Positions 27,041-36,815 of a DNA stretch of 64,000 bases are shown piece by piece. The translations under genes and the position numbers were made by a program. Source of the stretch: Candidatus Obscuribacterales bacterium (GTDB taxonomy: Bacteria; Cyanobacteriota; Vampirovibrionia; Obscuribacterales; Obscuribacteraceae); NCBI GenBank assembly GCA_965228855.1, contig CBDDIJ010000003.1, forward strand, positions 1,472,001-1,536,000, read 5' to 3'. The notes under the pieces were generated by a model. It was not told the DNA's origin, searched no databases, and saw only the letters and a list, made by a program, of their open reading frames with translations. Numbering within the stretch: position 1 is the stretch's first letter; every line of letters begins with the position of its first letter.

Positions 27041-29767
27041 TTAGACTTTCAGCTTCTTCAGAGCTTTTCGGGCGATCTGGTGTTGCTTGCGTTCGTTAGG
27101 ACCTAATTCCGATTCGCCGACTAAATCAATGATAGCCAAACCGTTCCTATATAGAGGAACGGCTCCAGGCTTACCAGAAGATTCCAGAGCTTTTGCTTCG
27201 ACGATCATAAGCGCGCCGATCATGGGATCGTCCGAGCCTATTTCACGTGAGAATTTTGTGCGGAGCTCGCGTGCGAGCTGGATGGTCTTGTCGAAGCGAC
27301 CGACATCAAGACACGCCACCGTCCAGGAATATTCGTTCTCGCGGTGCTCTTTAGAACTTGCCCCCTTCAGCTGTTCGCTGAGTTTGAGAAGTCGCTCCTG
27401 TTGTTTGTCCGCGGCGTCAAAATCCTTAAGATGAAGAAGCGTCAGCGTATACATCTTCAGTGTATTTAGTTCACCGTTTTTGTCTTTCATTGCTCGATAA
27501 TCGGAAAGCAGCTTCCGTTGAAGCTCTTCGGCTCCTTTGAACTGGTTGAGTTTGTACAAACAGAAACTCATCCCTGTTTCTACAGCGCGGGTATTTTGTT
27601 TCTCGCTTGGTCTGGCTTTGCAGGCCGCGTATGCTTTTTCGTAGATCTTCAGAGCTTCTGCATAGCGATGCTCGATGAATTCCTTCTCTGCATTTACGCT
27701 CCATGTCTCGACTAGTGGCGAACCGGTAGTCTTGAAAGTCATGGTTGGAAACTGCTCTTGCAAAGCGCGAATCTGCTCTTCGCTAGCTGAGACAAGCACT
27801 GTTTGAATATTTAGATTCGATTTTGCAATGGTCTCGGCGTCTTTTGCCTTACAGTAAGTGACGCGAAGATCGATCGAAAGAAGGTTTGGGAGTTTTGCGG
27901 CGACAGCTATCGCACCTGGTCCAATGTCATTTCTGGACAGAAGAAGATTCTCGAGAGTCGGCAGGGCTGCAAGAGCGTCGAGACCTTTGTCGGTTATGCG
28001 CGTTTCGATCAGTGACAGGTCTTTTAGCCGCAATCCTTTCAGGTTTTTAAGAGAGTCGTCGTCAACCTCAGTCTGATCGAGCCTCAACAATTTCAGCTTT
28101 TCGAGTCTTGCGATATCCTTCAGAGTTTTGACTTTTGTGTTTGTCAGTATCAGCGTTTCAAGATTCGGAACGTTGCTCAGATGCTCGATTCCGCGATCCG
28201 AAACATCACTGTCAGATGCATTGATCTCTTTCAAACTCGTTTTCCCTGACAGCACGAGCAAATCGTCATCTTGGCACGCGTGACGCAGATCCATTCTAAT
28301 TAGACCGGACTTTTTCATGTGCTGAATTAGTTTTGCGCGCTGACTTTTTGCCAAAGCTTTCTTAGAGTCGAGGTCCAAATTTTGCTCGAAGGTTGACGGT
28401 GTCGACGAAGATCTGACCTGAGGTCTCTCTGAGAGAATCGAATATACGACTGTGCACAAACCGATCAATGCGATTAAAACAACGACGGCGAGTAGCTTCC
28501 CAAAGTTTGCGGACTTGCGTTCTTTCGGAAGGTCGACACCAAAGCTTTGCGCAGGGATTTCGATACGGTAGTCGTGAGACTCAGGCAGGGGCTCGCGAGA
28601 AACATCGGTCAAACCTCTTTCAAAGTTTGCAAGCGCTTCGGAAACTTCAGCTGCTGTTTGATATCTTTCGTCCGGATTTTTGCTCAAACACTTTTCGATT
28701 ATCGCGCACAGCTCGGGCGAAACGTCCGGAGCCAATTCCTGCAGCGGTAAGACGTCAGATCGCATGTGTTTATTGAGAACTTCCAGCGACGACTCACCGG
28801 AAAACGGAGGCTGACCGGCTAGCGATTCGTACATGATGCAACCGAGCGAATAAATTTCAGATCGAGCATCGTATTCTAAACCCGAAGCCTGGTCGGGGCT
28901 CATGTAGCCTGGTGTTCCGACTACGGTGCGTCCCTGGACATTTGTTCTTGCTTGAACATCTTGAGTGGTTTTTGAAAGTCCGAAATCGATCAATCGCAGA
29001 TCAAATTCGCCTGTTTCTGTTTCAAGCATCAAAATATTCGATGGCTTCAAGTCTCGATGAAAAATTCCATGCTCGTGAAGATGGCTCAGGGCCTCGCAGA
29101 TAGACTGAAACATTACACAGCTATCATACTGTTCGAGAAAACCGTGATCGCGGATCACTTCTTCGAGACTTCGACCGGGGAAGTATTCCATAACCATGTA
29201 AGGACGTCCGCTTGCGGAGGTTCCGAAATCGAACACCTTGATCACTTTCTCGTGACTTAGTTTTGATGCGGTTTTTGCTTCTTGCTGAAACGAGACGACT
29301 CGATCGTCAGTCAAGGCGAACAAACTTTTCAGTGCGACCTTTTTGCGCAGATGCAGGTCACGGCACAAGTAAACTTGACCGAGTGCGCCTTGTCCAAGGA
29401 GCCGGAGCGGTTTATAACGGCTGGTTGGGAACAAGGTTTCATCAATGTCTAAGGGCTGTTCGCTTGGATCGTCATCTTGATCATCGAAGGCTTTGCTTTT
29501 AAAAGTGGTGCCGGAAGTTTTTACTTTTACAGGTTGAGGATTTTCGCATTTGCAAAGATGCTCGGCGAAAATCCATTGGGTTACGCTTCCGCTTCGCCCT
29601 TCCTTCATACGTTTTCCGCAAGCTCGGCAAACAGTTATGAGTTCGCTTTCAGGTGCTCCGGTCAAATTGCATTGGCAGCAGTTTATCCACTGAGTGAGAG
29701 AACCGGACCCGCTGACATTCTTTGGCTTCTGGCAGGTTTGGCAGATGTCGCTGTTGCTCTCAGTCAT
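27041..29767 (-). CDS. Ser/Thr kinase with N-terminal Cys-rich repeats, TM helix, LRR and TPR-like domains
   Basis: GQGALG, VALK, HRDLKPSN, DFG and GTPGYMSPDQ. TM segment LLAVVVLIALIGLCTVVYSIL, LxxLxLxxTxVxD repeats and a helical TPR-like C-terminus. Confidence 0.93.
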   Translation of the reverse strand: MTESNSDICQTCQKPKNVSGSGSLTQWINCCQCNLTGAPESELITVCRACGKRMKEGRSGSVTQWIFAEHLCKCENPQPVKVKTSGTTFKSKAFDDQDDDPSEQPLDIDETLFPTSRYKPLRLLGQGALGQVYLCRDLHLRKKVALKSLFALTDDRVVSFQQEAKTASKLSHEKVIKVFDFGTSASGRPYMVMEYFPGRSLEEVIRDHGFLEQYDSCVMFQSICEALSHLHEHGIFHRDLKPSNILMLETETGEFDLRLIDFGLSKTTQDVQARTNVQGRTVVGTPGYMSPDQASGLEYDARSEIYSLGCIMYESLAGQPPFSGESSLEVLNKHMRSDVLPLQELAPDVSPELCAIIEKCLSKNPDERYQTAAEVSEALANFERGLTDVSREPLPESHDYRIEIPAQSFGVDLPKERKSANFGKLLAVVVLIALIGLCTVVYSILSERPQVRSSSTPSTFEQNLDLDSKKALAKSQRAKLIQHMKKSGLIRMDLRHACQDDDLLVLSGKTSLKEINASDSDVSDRGIEHLSNVPNLETLILTNTKVKTLKDIARLEKLKLLRLDQTEVDDDSLKNLKGLRLKDLSLIETRITDKGLDALAALPTLENLLLSRNDIGPGAIAVAAKLPNLLSIDLRVTYCKAKDAETIAKSNLNIQTVLVSASEEQIRALQEQFPTMTFKTTGSPLVETWSVNAEKEFIEHRYAEALKIYEKAYAACKARPSEKQNTRAVETGMSFCLYKLNQFKGAEELQRKLLSDYRAMKDKNGELNTLKMYTLTLLHLKDFDAADKQQERLLKLSEQLKGASSKEHRENEYSWTVACLDVGRFDKTIQLARELRTKFSREIGSDDPMIGALMIVEAKALESSGKPGAVPLYRNGLAIIDLVGESELGPNERKQHQIARKALKKLKV

Positions 29768-32496
29768 TTCTTTCGCACTTCCTCGCGAGCATCTGGATTG
29801 TCGCCTTCTCTAATTTTCGAGCGAGCCGCCTGGCGTTTCTCTCGTTTTGATTCGCTGCGCTTGTTTCGAAGATCTATCAATACAGACGCTTTTCTTTTGA
29901 ACTCGGCACTTTCGCGAACAAAGCCGTTTTCCTCAAGTAGTATTCCGTGTTGCGTCGTAAGAGCGATCCTGTCAAGCAATGGTAACTTTGCGGTTTTCAT
30001 GCGTTCCATAGCAAGATTGCTTAGTTCCAGGGCGTGTTTTTTGTTGCCTCGAATCACTTCCAATTGGCAAAGAGCGTTATAGGTAGTAACAGCTTGTGCA
30101 TTTGGAACGCCGTCCTTCCACAATTGAGGGTCGGCTTTAATTCTTGAGGCTACGAAACTGAACTTTTTGTCGGCGAGATCAAATTTCTTCAGGCGCAGGT
30201 AGCAGTCACCTACCTGGAGCAGGGTGGAGGAATATTCCAGGGAATTCAGACCCTTCTTACGTTTATAAACCGAGGCCAGTTTGTCAAAGGTTGTGATCGC
30301 GCGCTCGACCTGACCGGCTTCGCGTAAGGCTCCGCCGAGAGACAAAGTTTGACTGAGTGCCCAATCCGTCTCTAGACCGTTGGCGATTTCCTCGCATTTT
30401 ATTGCTTGTTCGAGGGCTTGCGCGCTCTCCGCATAGCGCTTCAATCTAGCCAGGCTTGTAGCTTTCAAAGAATAGACATCTCGCAACCACACGGGATTAT
30501 TCATGTGCTTCGCAATCGCGATCGCTTTGTTCACATAAGTCAGCGCATTTTCTTCTTCTCTGATTTGCGAGTAAAGCGACGCAACGCTTGCGTACAGGGT
30601 TGAAACCCTTTCGTCATCGACTTCTCCGAAGCGTTTCCTCATGAGCTCAAGCAACTGTTTGGTCTTCGCCATTTGGAGAGGGATATCGCCACTCGCCTGT
30701 GCTTTATCGATCTCCTGTTTAAATGTGGTCTCAAGACTGGGTGTGTCTCCAAATCCCACGCTCGGAAATTCGACTCTCAGTCGTTCAACATCAGATGGGC
30801 TGATCTTGGGGCAGTTTTTAAACTCGGCAGCGAACATCAGTGGACCGCGCAAGATTTTCTTCGCCGCAGCTAGATCGATTTCAGTACCATTTAGAATCAT
30901 CCGTCCGCGCCATTGCAATTCAGCGAGATAATCTGCGGCTTTAGACGTTATCGGCGTGCGGGTCAGATCCAGGTCGTTGAGTTTCGGCTGGATCTTCACG
31001 AGCCTCGCGACGCCCTTATCGGTAATTTTGGTATCGTTTAGTTTCAGGGTACGCAGTTCGGTAAGTGGTCGAAGTTGCTCGAGCGAACTATCTGTAATTT
31101 GTGTAGCTTTGAGATCGAGAATTGTCAGTTTCTTACACGATCCTACGTCTGTTAGTTTTGAAACTTCGGTCGCGCTCAGATCGACGGCCTCAAGATTTGG
31201 AATTTTCGCAAGCAAAGGGAAAACGCGATCGTCAAAGTCGGTCTCGATCAGTTCCAGCTTCTTGAGAAATTGATTGTTCGCGAGTTGTCTCAAGTGCTCG
31301 TCCGTGCAATTACCGCTGAGGTGGAGAGTTGTCCTTTCCTTATCCGCCAGCTGTTTGTCTGTATGGTTTAGCGCGAAATCATCGACAGTTTCTATAAACC
31401 AGCGGTCTGGCAAGTGTCCTGGAACAGGCGCCAGCTGTTCTTGACTAGAGATATGATGCATGGCAGCGGCGATTGCCAGACCGGCAAAAATCAAAATAAT
31501 CACCGATGAGAAGATAAGCGCCCTGCGGTCGAAGCGCGGACTCTTACTCTTCTTGGGCTCATCGTCTTGCGTTTTTGCTGGGTCACTTTGCGCTGTCTCT
31601 TCAACTTTTCGATCCAACGAATCTTGCAGTTCGACAAGAGCAGGTACGACGGTAGTTTCGATATCAGGGCGTTGCAGAGGATCCTTTGACAACAGACCTT
31701 CCATAATGGCGGCGAAATTTGCCGTGATAGGGTGATTGCTATCCACGTTCAATTTCGGCGGGGGAGATTGGATGTGTTGAGTGATTGTTTCTAGAACTGT
31801 TTCTGACTGAAACGGCGGTTCGCCTGTCAAGCAGTGCCACATAACGCAGCCCAGGGCGTAGTTGTCCGATCTTGTCGTCACTTCGAGCCCCTGACCTTGT
31901 TCTGGGCTCATGTAGAACGGGCTGCCAACGAGATTTCCGGTCGGCGTTAATTTACCGGCTTCGTCGGGCCGCTCGTCCAATAACTTAGCGATGCCGAAAT
32001 CGAGCACTTTGACTTTCCAACTTCCGTTGGGTCTTTCTGAGATAGCAATATTGCCCGGCTTTATATCGCGGTGAACAATCGATTGTTTATGTGCATGAAT
32101 AAGGGCATCGCAAACCTGAAAAAAGACTTCGAGGAACTCGGGTATCGTTAACGTCCTTTTTCTCTTCAAAAGTTGTTCGAGCGATTCGCCTTCAACAAAT
32201 TCCATGCTGAGAAATGGGATGTCGTTATACAGACCAAAGTCATTTATCTTGGCGATGTTTTGATGATTCATTTTGCTCGCCAGCTTCGCTTCGCTCTGGA
32301 AGCGAACGAGGTCGCGCTCATTGCGTGCGTCCGAAAGCATGACTTTGAGAGCGACTTCGGTGTCGAGTATCGTGTCTACGGCTCGGTAAACTCGGCCTTT
32401 TGCACCAGAGGCGATCGGTTCCAAAATTCGAAAGCGCTCGAAAACGATCGCGCCAATGGCGAAATCGTTCAGGTCTCTCGGTCTGGATTCTGTCAT
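29764..32496 (-). CDS. Ser/Thr kinase with TM helix, LRR and TPR-like domains
   Basis: VALK, HRDIKPGN, DFG and GSPFYMSPEQ. TM segment ALIFSSVIILIFAGLAIAAAM, then LRRs and TPR-like repeats. ATGA overlaps with both neighbours. Confidence 0.93.
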   Translation of the reverse strand: MTESRPRDLNDFAIGAIVFERFRILEPIASGAKGRVYRAVDTILDTEVALKVMLSDARNERDLVRFQSEAKLASKMNHQNIAKINDFGLYNDIPFLSMEFVEGESLEQLLKRKRTLTIPEFLEVFFQVCDALIHAHKQSIVHRDIKPGNIAISERPNGSWKVKVLDFGIAKLLDERPDEAGKLTPTGNLVGSPFYMSPEQGQGLEVTTRSDNYALGCVMWHCLTGEPPFQSETVLETITQHIQSPPPKLNVDSNHPITANFAAIMEGLLSKDPLQRPDIETTVVPALVELQDSLDRKVEETAQSDPAKTQDDEPKKSKSPRFDRRALIFSSVIILIFAGLAIAAAMHHISSQEQLAPVPGHLPDRWFIETVDDFALNHTDKQLADKERTTLHLSGNCTDEHLRQLANNQFLKKLELIETDFDDRVFPLLAKIPNLEAVDLSATEVSKLTDVGSCKKLTILDLKATQITDSSLEQLRPLTELRTLKLNDTKITDKGVARLVKIQPKLNDLDLTRTPITSKAADYLAELQWRGRMILNGTEIDLAAAKKILRGPLMFAAEFKNCPKISPSDVERLRVEFPSVGFGDTPSLETTFKQEIDKAQASGDIPLQMAKTKQLLELMRKRFGEVDDERVSTLYASVASLYSQIREEENALTYVNKAIAIAKHMNNPVWLRDVYSLKATSLARLKRYAESAQALEQAIKCEEIANGLETDWALSQTLSLGGALREAGQVERAITTFDKLASVYKRKKGLNSLEYSSTLLQVGDCYLRLKKFDLADKKFSFVASRIKADPQLWKDGVPNAQAVTTYNALCQLEVIRGNKKHALELSNLAMERMKTAKLPLLDRIALTTQHGILLEENGFVRESAEFKRKASVLIDLRNKRSESKREKRQAARSKIREGDNPDAREEVRKK

Positions 32497-35234
32497 TTTT
32501 GTGATTGCTTTGGTTTTGTGGGAGTCGTTTCGGACGGTGGGTTTATACTTCGTTCGAGTTTGGCGGCTTGGACTTTAAATTCTGCCGCTTCCTTGTCGCG
32601 ATGGAGTTGTTTCAAGATGGAAGCGCGTTGTCTGAAGAGAATAAATAGTTGGTCTTTATTTGGATTCTCGACTGAAGTGACAACATCAATTGCTTCGGTG
32701 TTGAGTTTGAGAGCGTCGTCCAATTTTAATTCGTCGTGCAGAATTTGAACTTGCGCGGCGGCTGCAACGAAGAATAGTTGGCGAACTTCAGTGTTTGGAT
32801 TTATTCGCAGTTGTTTTCGACTGAGTTCAATGGACTGTTTTATCAGTCTTCTGGCGTCGTCGATGCGCCCCTGGGCTCGATAAATCTCGGCGCGGCGAAC
32901 GAGCGGAATGATTTGGTACTGACCATCTTCGCGTCTGCGTTTGTGAGTGGCGATTTGCGAAGCTTCCAGATAATACGATTCGGCCTTTGTGTAATTTTTG
33001 ATGCTCGCATAGAGGTCACCCAGTGCGATCGCCGAATAGAAGGTGTCCACCGCATTCTGGCCGAATCGGTCTCTGAAAATACGATGCAATGCTGCAGCAT
33101 ACTTAATACTACCAGCGGTATCATGATGGCGTTGGGCGAGTTTTTTAGCGCTATCGTACAAAACAATCGCAGACGTTTCCACACCTTGGGACTCGGCGGT
33201 TGTCGCATAAGATTCGAGCATTCGCAGTGCTTGTTGCCAATCGCCAAGTTTTTCATAGCAATCAGCTATTCGTCCCTGGTAATTGACGATTCGAATTTTT
33301 CCGCTTCCATTCTGCAGGCGAATGCAGCGTTTATACAGGCTGAGCGCGTCCTTGAAGTTCCCATCTTTGTATAGTTCTTCAGCCTTTAATTCTACTCCGT
33401 TCAGATTGCGCATACTTGCTGAAGGATCGAAGTCCACCTTGGGGAATTCGCGAGTGAGTTTTGCGACTTCCGCTACATCGAACTTAGGGCTGTCCGCTGT
33501 GTCGACGGCCATAACGTGTTTTAGACCGGAGACAAGCTTGCGCACACCACCAGGGGTGATGGCACTGTTTCCAATGTTGATGTAAGCCAAATGCTTTTGT
33601 CTAAGCAGGTCCGGTATACATGCATCAGTCAAGGACTGACCGCCGAAACTGACATCTGTCAGTCTGGGAAGTTCCGGAAGGTTAGCGAGAAACTTGTCCG
33701 TGATATCTGTCTTGCATATTCGCAGCCAGAAAAGCTTGTTGAGTCCCTTGAGATTTTTTGCAGATCCGTCTGTAATGGCCGTGCGGTTCAAGGAAAGCAA
33801 TTCAAGATTCGCGCATTGATTCACACCAGCTAAAGTTTCAACGCCTGTACCGTCCAGTTCGATACGCTTAAGGTTAGGAAGCGTTGCAAATGATTTGAAA
33901 CATTTGTCGCTTAAGCTCAAGCTGTCCGAAACCGCGATCTCCTGTATGTTGTTGTTGCCTTCGAGAACTTTCAAGTCTTCGTCGGTGCAGGAGTACGGGA
34001 GCTTGACTTTGGTAGTCTTATTTTGAACTGCGCTCTCGGCGACTCGCTTCCCATCTGACAGATCAGCCGTTAACCCGTCCGTCATTTGATTTGCATCTAT
34101 CGAATCCGGCAGGTAGGAGATTCGCGGAGACTCTGGTGGTTTCAACAGGGATTTCACGCCCCAGATTGCAAACGAGACGAGCACGAGACCGGCAACAATT
34201 CCGAATACCGTTAACTTTGAAATTGAATTGTTGGGTGCGTGATAGTTCTGAAACTCCCTGGACAGTTCTTTTGATATCGTCGAATTCCCCTCAATGAATT
34301 CGCCGTTGAAACGGATTTGCGAAGTGGAGGCACGGCTCGACAGTATACTGCCTGCGGTGTCACGTGGGGCGTCACTCACACAGAGTTTCAATTCTGCCAG
34401 CAACTCGCTCATTGTTGCATAGCGAGCATCGCGCTTTTTGCTCAGGCATCGCTCGATGACTTCGTTTAAACGATCCGATAATTCCGGAGTGAGTCGCTGT
34501 GGCGGAATAAGTTTTTCGTTAGCGTGCTTGTTTAAAACGTCCAGCGCAGTTTCTCCGAGAAAGGGCGGTCTGCCGGTAATGACCTCATACATCAGGCAGC
34601 CCATGGAGTACACTTCGGACCTCGCGTCGTATTTCTGACCAGCGACCTGGTCAGGGCTCATGTAGGCAGGTGTGCCGACAACAGTTCGTCCCTGAACAAC
34701 CGTCTTCGACTGAATATCCTGGCTAGTTTTCGACAAATTAAAATCAATCAGACGCACGCTCAGTTGCTTCTGGTCGTTTGAGCCAATGAGAATGTTCGAC
34801 GGTTTCAGATCCCGATGAAAGACACCATTCTCGTGCAAACACGCAAGCGCATCGGTTATCATCACGAACAAATCGAGAGCGTCTCGCTCTGGCAAGCGGC
34901 CCTCTGCGGCAAGAATATCTTCGAGGCTTTGACTGGGAAAATATTCCATGACCATAAATGGTCTGCCACCGTCAGTGACACCAAAGTCCAAGATTTGAAT
35001 TATGCTTTCGTGCCCTAAGCGACTGGCGATTCGCGCCTCATTTTGAAAAGACACCACTCTATCATCAGTCACGGACAGCAGCGTTTTAACAGCTACCGTC
35101 TTGCCCAGGTGCTTATCCATGCAAAGATATACGCGACCCAGCGCGCCCTGACCGAGTAACTCCAGCGGTTTATAGCGATCCGTGGGGACAGATGATGAAT
35201 CAATGTCGAGCGCAGCAGAGTTCTCGCCGTTCAT
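32493..35234 (-). CDS. Ser/Thr kinase with TM helix, LRR and TPR-like domains
   Basis: GQGALG, VAVK, HRDLKPSN, DFN in place of DFG, and GTPAYMSPDQ. TM segment LTVFGIVAGLVLVSFAIWGV, LRRs and TPRs. GGGAGAG RBS upstream. Confidence 0.93.
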   Translation of the reverse strand: MNGENSAALDIDSSSVPTDRYKPLELLGQGALGRVYLCMDKHLGKTVAVKTLLSVTDDRVVSFQNEARIASRLGHESIIQILDFGVTDGGRPFMVMEYFPSQSLEDILAAEGRLPERDALDLFVMITDALACLHENGVFHRDLKPSNILIGSNDQKQLSVRLIDFNLSKTSQDIQSKTVVQGRTVVGTPAYMSPDQVAGQKYDARSEVYSMGCLMYEVITGRPPFLGETALDVLNKHANEKLIPPQRLTPELSDRLNEVIERCLSKKRDARYATMSELLAELKLCVSDAPRDTAGSILSSRASTSQIRFNGEFIEGNSTISKELSREFQNYHAPNNSISKLTVFGIVAGLVLVSFAIWGVKSLLKPPESPRISYLPDSIDANQMTDGLTADLSDGKRVAESAVQNKTTKVKLPYSCTDEDLKVLEGNNNIQEIAVSDSLSLSDKCFKSFATLPNLKRIELDGTGVETLAGVNQCANLELLSLNRTAITDGSAKNLKGLNKLFWLRICKTDITDKFLANLPELPRLTDVSFGGQSLTDACIPDLLRQKHLAYINIGNSAITPGGVRKLVSGLKHVMAVDTADSPKFDVAEVAKLTREFPKVDFDPSASMRNLNGVELKAEELYKDGNFKDALSLYKRCIRLQNGSGKIRIVNYQGRIADCYEKLGDWQQALRMLESYATTAESQGVETSAIVLYDSAKKLAQRHHDTAGSIKYAAALHRIFRDRFGQNAVDTFYSAIALGDLYASIKNYTKAESYYLEASQIATHKRRREDGQYQIIPLVRRAEIYRAQGRIDDARRLIKQSIELSRKQLRINPNTEVRQLFFVAAAAQVQILHDELKLDDALKLNTEAIDVVTSVENPNKDQLFILFRQRASILKQLHRDKEAAEFKVQAAKLERSINPPSETTPTKPKQSQK

Positions 35235-35487
35235 TCCAAATTGACTCTCCCAATCACAGCTTTCAATCGGAGGACGAACACTCAGGCTAAAGGTCAGACC
35301 CTTGCAGCTATAAAACCGAATAGACTTATTGGACGCCCAGGCCGCTTGATGCGCAATATGGTTGTTCCCCGCTAGTGTGTCTGGCTACTCGCGACACGTA
35401 TTAAAGCTCATGAGCTTAAACCGCAAGAGCCTGAAAACAGGTCCTTGAAATGACTTGAAGGTGGAACCACCCGGACCCGGGCTATTG

Positions 35488-35566
35488 GGAGATCGTAAAC
35501 CGATATCGGTTTGCGATCTCCAATGGAGCGCAAACCGATATCGGTTTGCGATCTCCAATGGAGCGC
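35488..35566. repeat. Palindromic repeat array, two exact 35-bp units
   Basis: AAACCGATATCGGTTTGCGATCTCCAATGGAGCGC at 35497 and 35532. Confidence 0.92.
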
Positions 35567-35805
35567 AAAGCTTGTCACGGCAGGGCTTTCAGGACTCGTG
35601 CGCCAGACCTATTAAATCCCAGGGCAGTTTTAAGCGGTTCGCAGAACTTTCGCAAAGCCCGTCTGTATCTTCTTTCCAATTGCGCTGTTGGAATGGGACG
35701 GTATACAACGGAAGTAGATGCATTAGCCTTAGTAGTTATCTCGAATCCTCCCTCACTCTCACAAAAGTGAGCCCAGGCAGTGCGATAAGGAAAGTTGGAG
35801 GTTAT

Positions 35806-36429
35806 ATGGACGGAAAGAACCCCGCCGGACTTTTTTGTGCTCTGGCGAACCGGTTACTGGAATTTTGCGGTCTGTGCCCAAATCGCGATTCTGAGCGAAA
35901 ACGCCTGGCTAGTCTAGCCCGACCGAATCACGAGGACGGCTCGCAAGAGATCGGTCCGCATACGGTTGCGGTACCGACCTCTCAAGATGTCCGTGCGGCA
36001 TTCGGACACGATAAAGACAATTTCTTGAGGGGCGAGTTGATACATGGAAAACGTGACGAGGTGGCTCGTCACAGTCAAGAAATCGTGACTAATTGGTTGC
36101 ATCAAGGGGAGTGTTTGGGTTGCAAATCCAATGGAAGCTTTCGCGACCACGATTGCGGCAAGAATAGCCAGTGGGATGCCGAAGTGGCTTACGAGCAGAA
36201 AGAATCGAGGCTTGTGGATTTTAGCGAAATAGGGCTTGGCATGAGCCGAGACAATCTGACGCAGTTTGTATATCAATCCAGCAACGACGGAAAGCCTGTA
36301 CCGCGCGCGAACGAACATGCCTCGAAGAAAACTGTGCAAGACATACCAGCAATGCAGTTCAATTTCGATAGGGTGGAATCGATCCAGGCAGACGCGACAA
36401 ACCGCCAGGCAAGGACGCATCAGCCATAG
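35806..36429 (+). CDS. Hypothetical protein (207 aa)
   Basis: GGAGG RBS at 35797-35801 before ATG 35806. No family recognised. Confidence 0.5.
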   Translation: MDGKNPAGLFCALANRLLEFCGLCPNRDSERKRLASLARPNHEDGSQEIGPHTVAVPTSQDVRAAFGHDKDNFLRGELIHGKRDEVARHSQEIVTNWLHQGECLGCKSNGSFRDHDCGKNSQWDAEVAYEQKESRLVDFSEIGLGMSRDNLTQFVYQSSNDGKPVPRANEHASKKTVQDIPAMQFNFDRVESIQADATNRQARTHQP

Positions 36430-36485
36430 GTGGGGCTGATGCTGCCGGCGGTCCTGCCTCTGGATTCGCTAAACAGGGTAGTTCC

Positions 36486-36676
36486 TAAACCGATATCGGT
36501 ATGGGAGTAGATGAAATTCGTAGACCGATATCGGTTTGAGAAAATTGGTGATCGTAGACCGATATCGGTTTACGATCGTCGTGAAGACTGAAACTTTTTG
36601 ACTGCACAGCCGAAAGATTTGAGCCGGGAATTTGGACGGTCTTTTTGAGATCGTAAATCGATATCGGTTTATGATG
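36486..36676. repeat. Palindromic repeat array, four copies
   Basis: Cores at 36490, 36525, 36559 and 36658. Confidence 0.9.
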
Positions 36677-36815
36677 TCGGTGAACTTGGGGTGAATTTGG
36701 GAGTGATTCTATAAAGAGATGATGAGTCTTCACGAACGGACTTTTGGCAATAAGGTTGTGGCACAATAAGTCGATGTAGGACCATTTTCGTCAAGTCTTC
36801 TTTGAAGAAGGAATC

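Noticed and set aside
35455..35805. N-terminal extension of the 324-aa ORF
   Set aside because: It runs through the palindrome array. The good RBS is at 35797, before ATG 35806.
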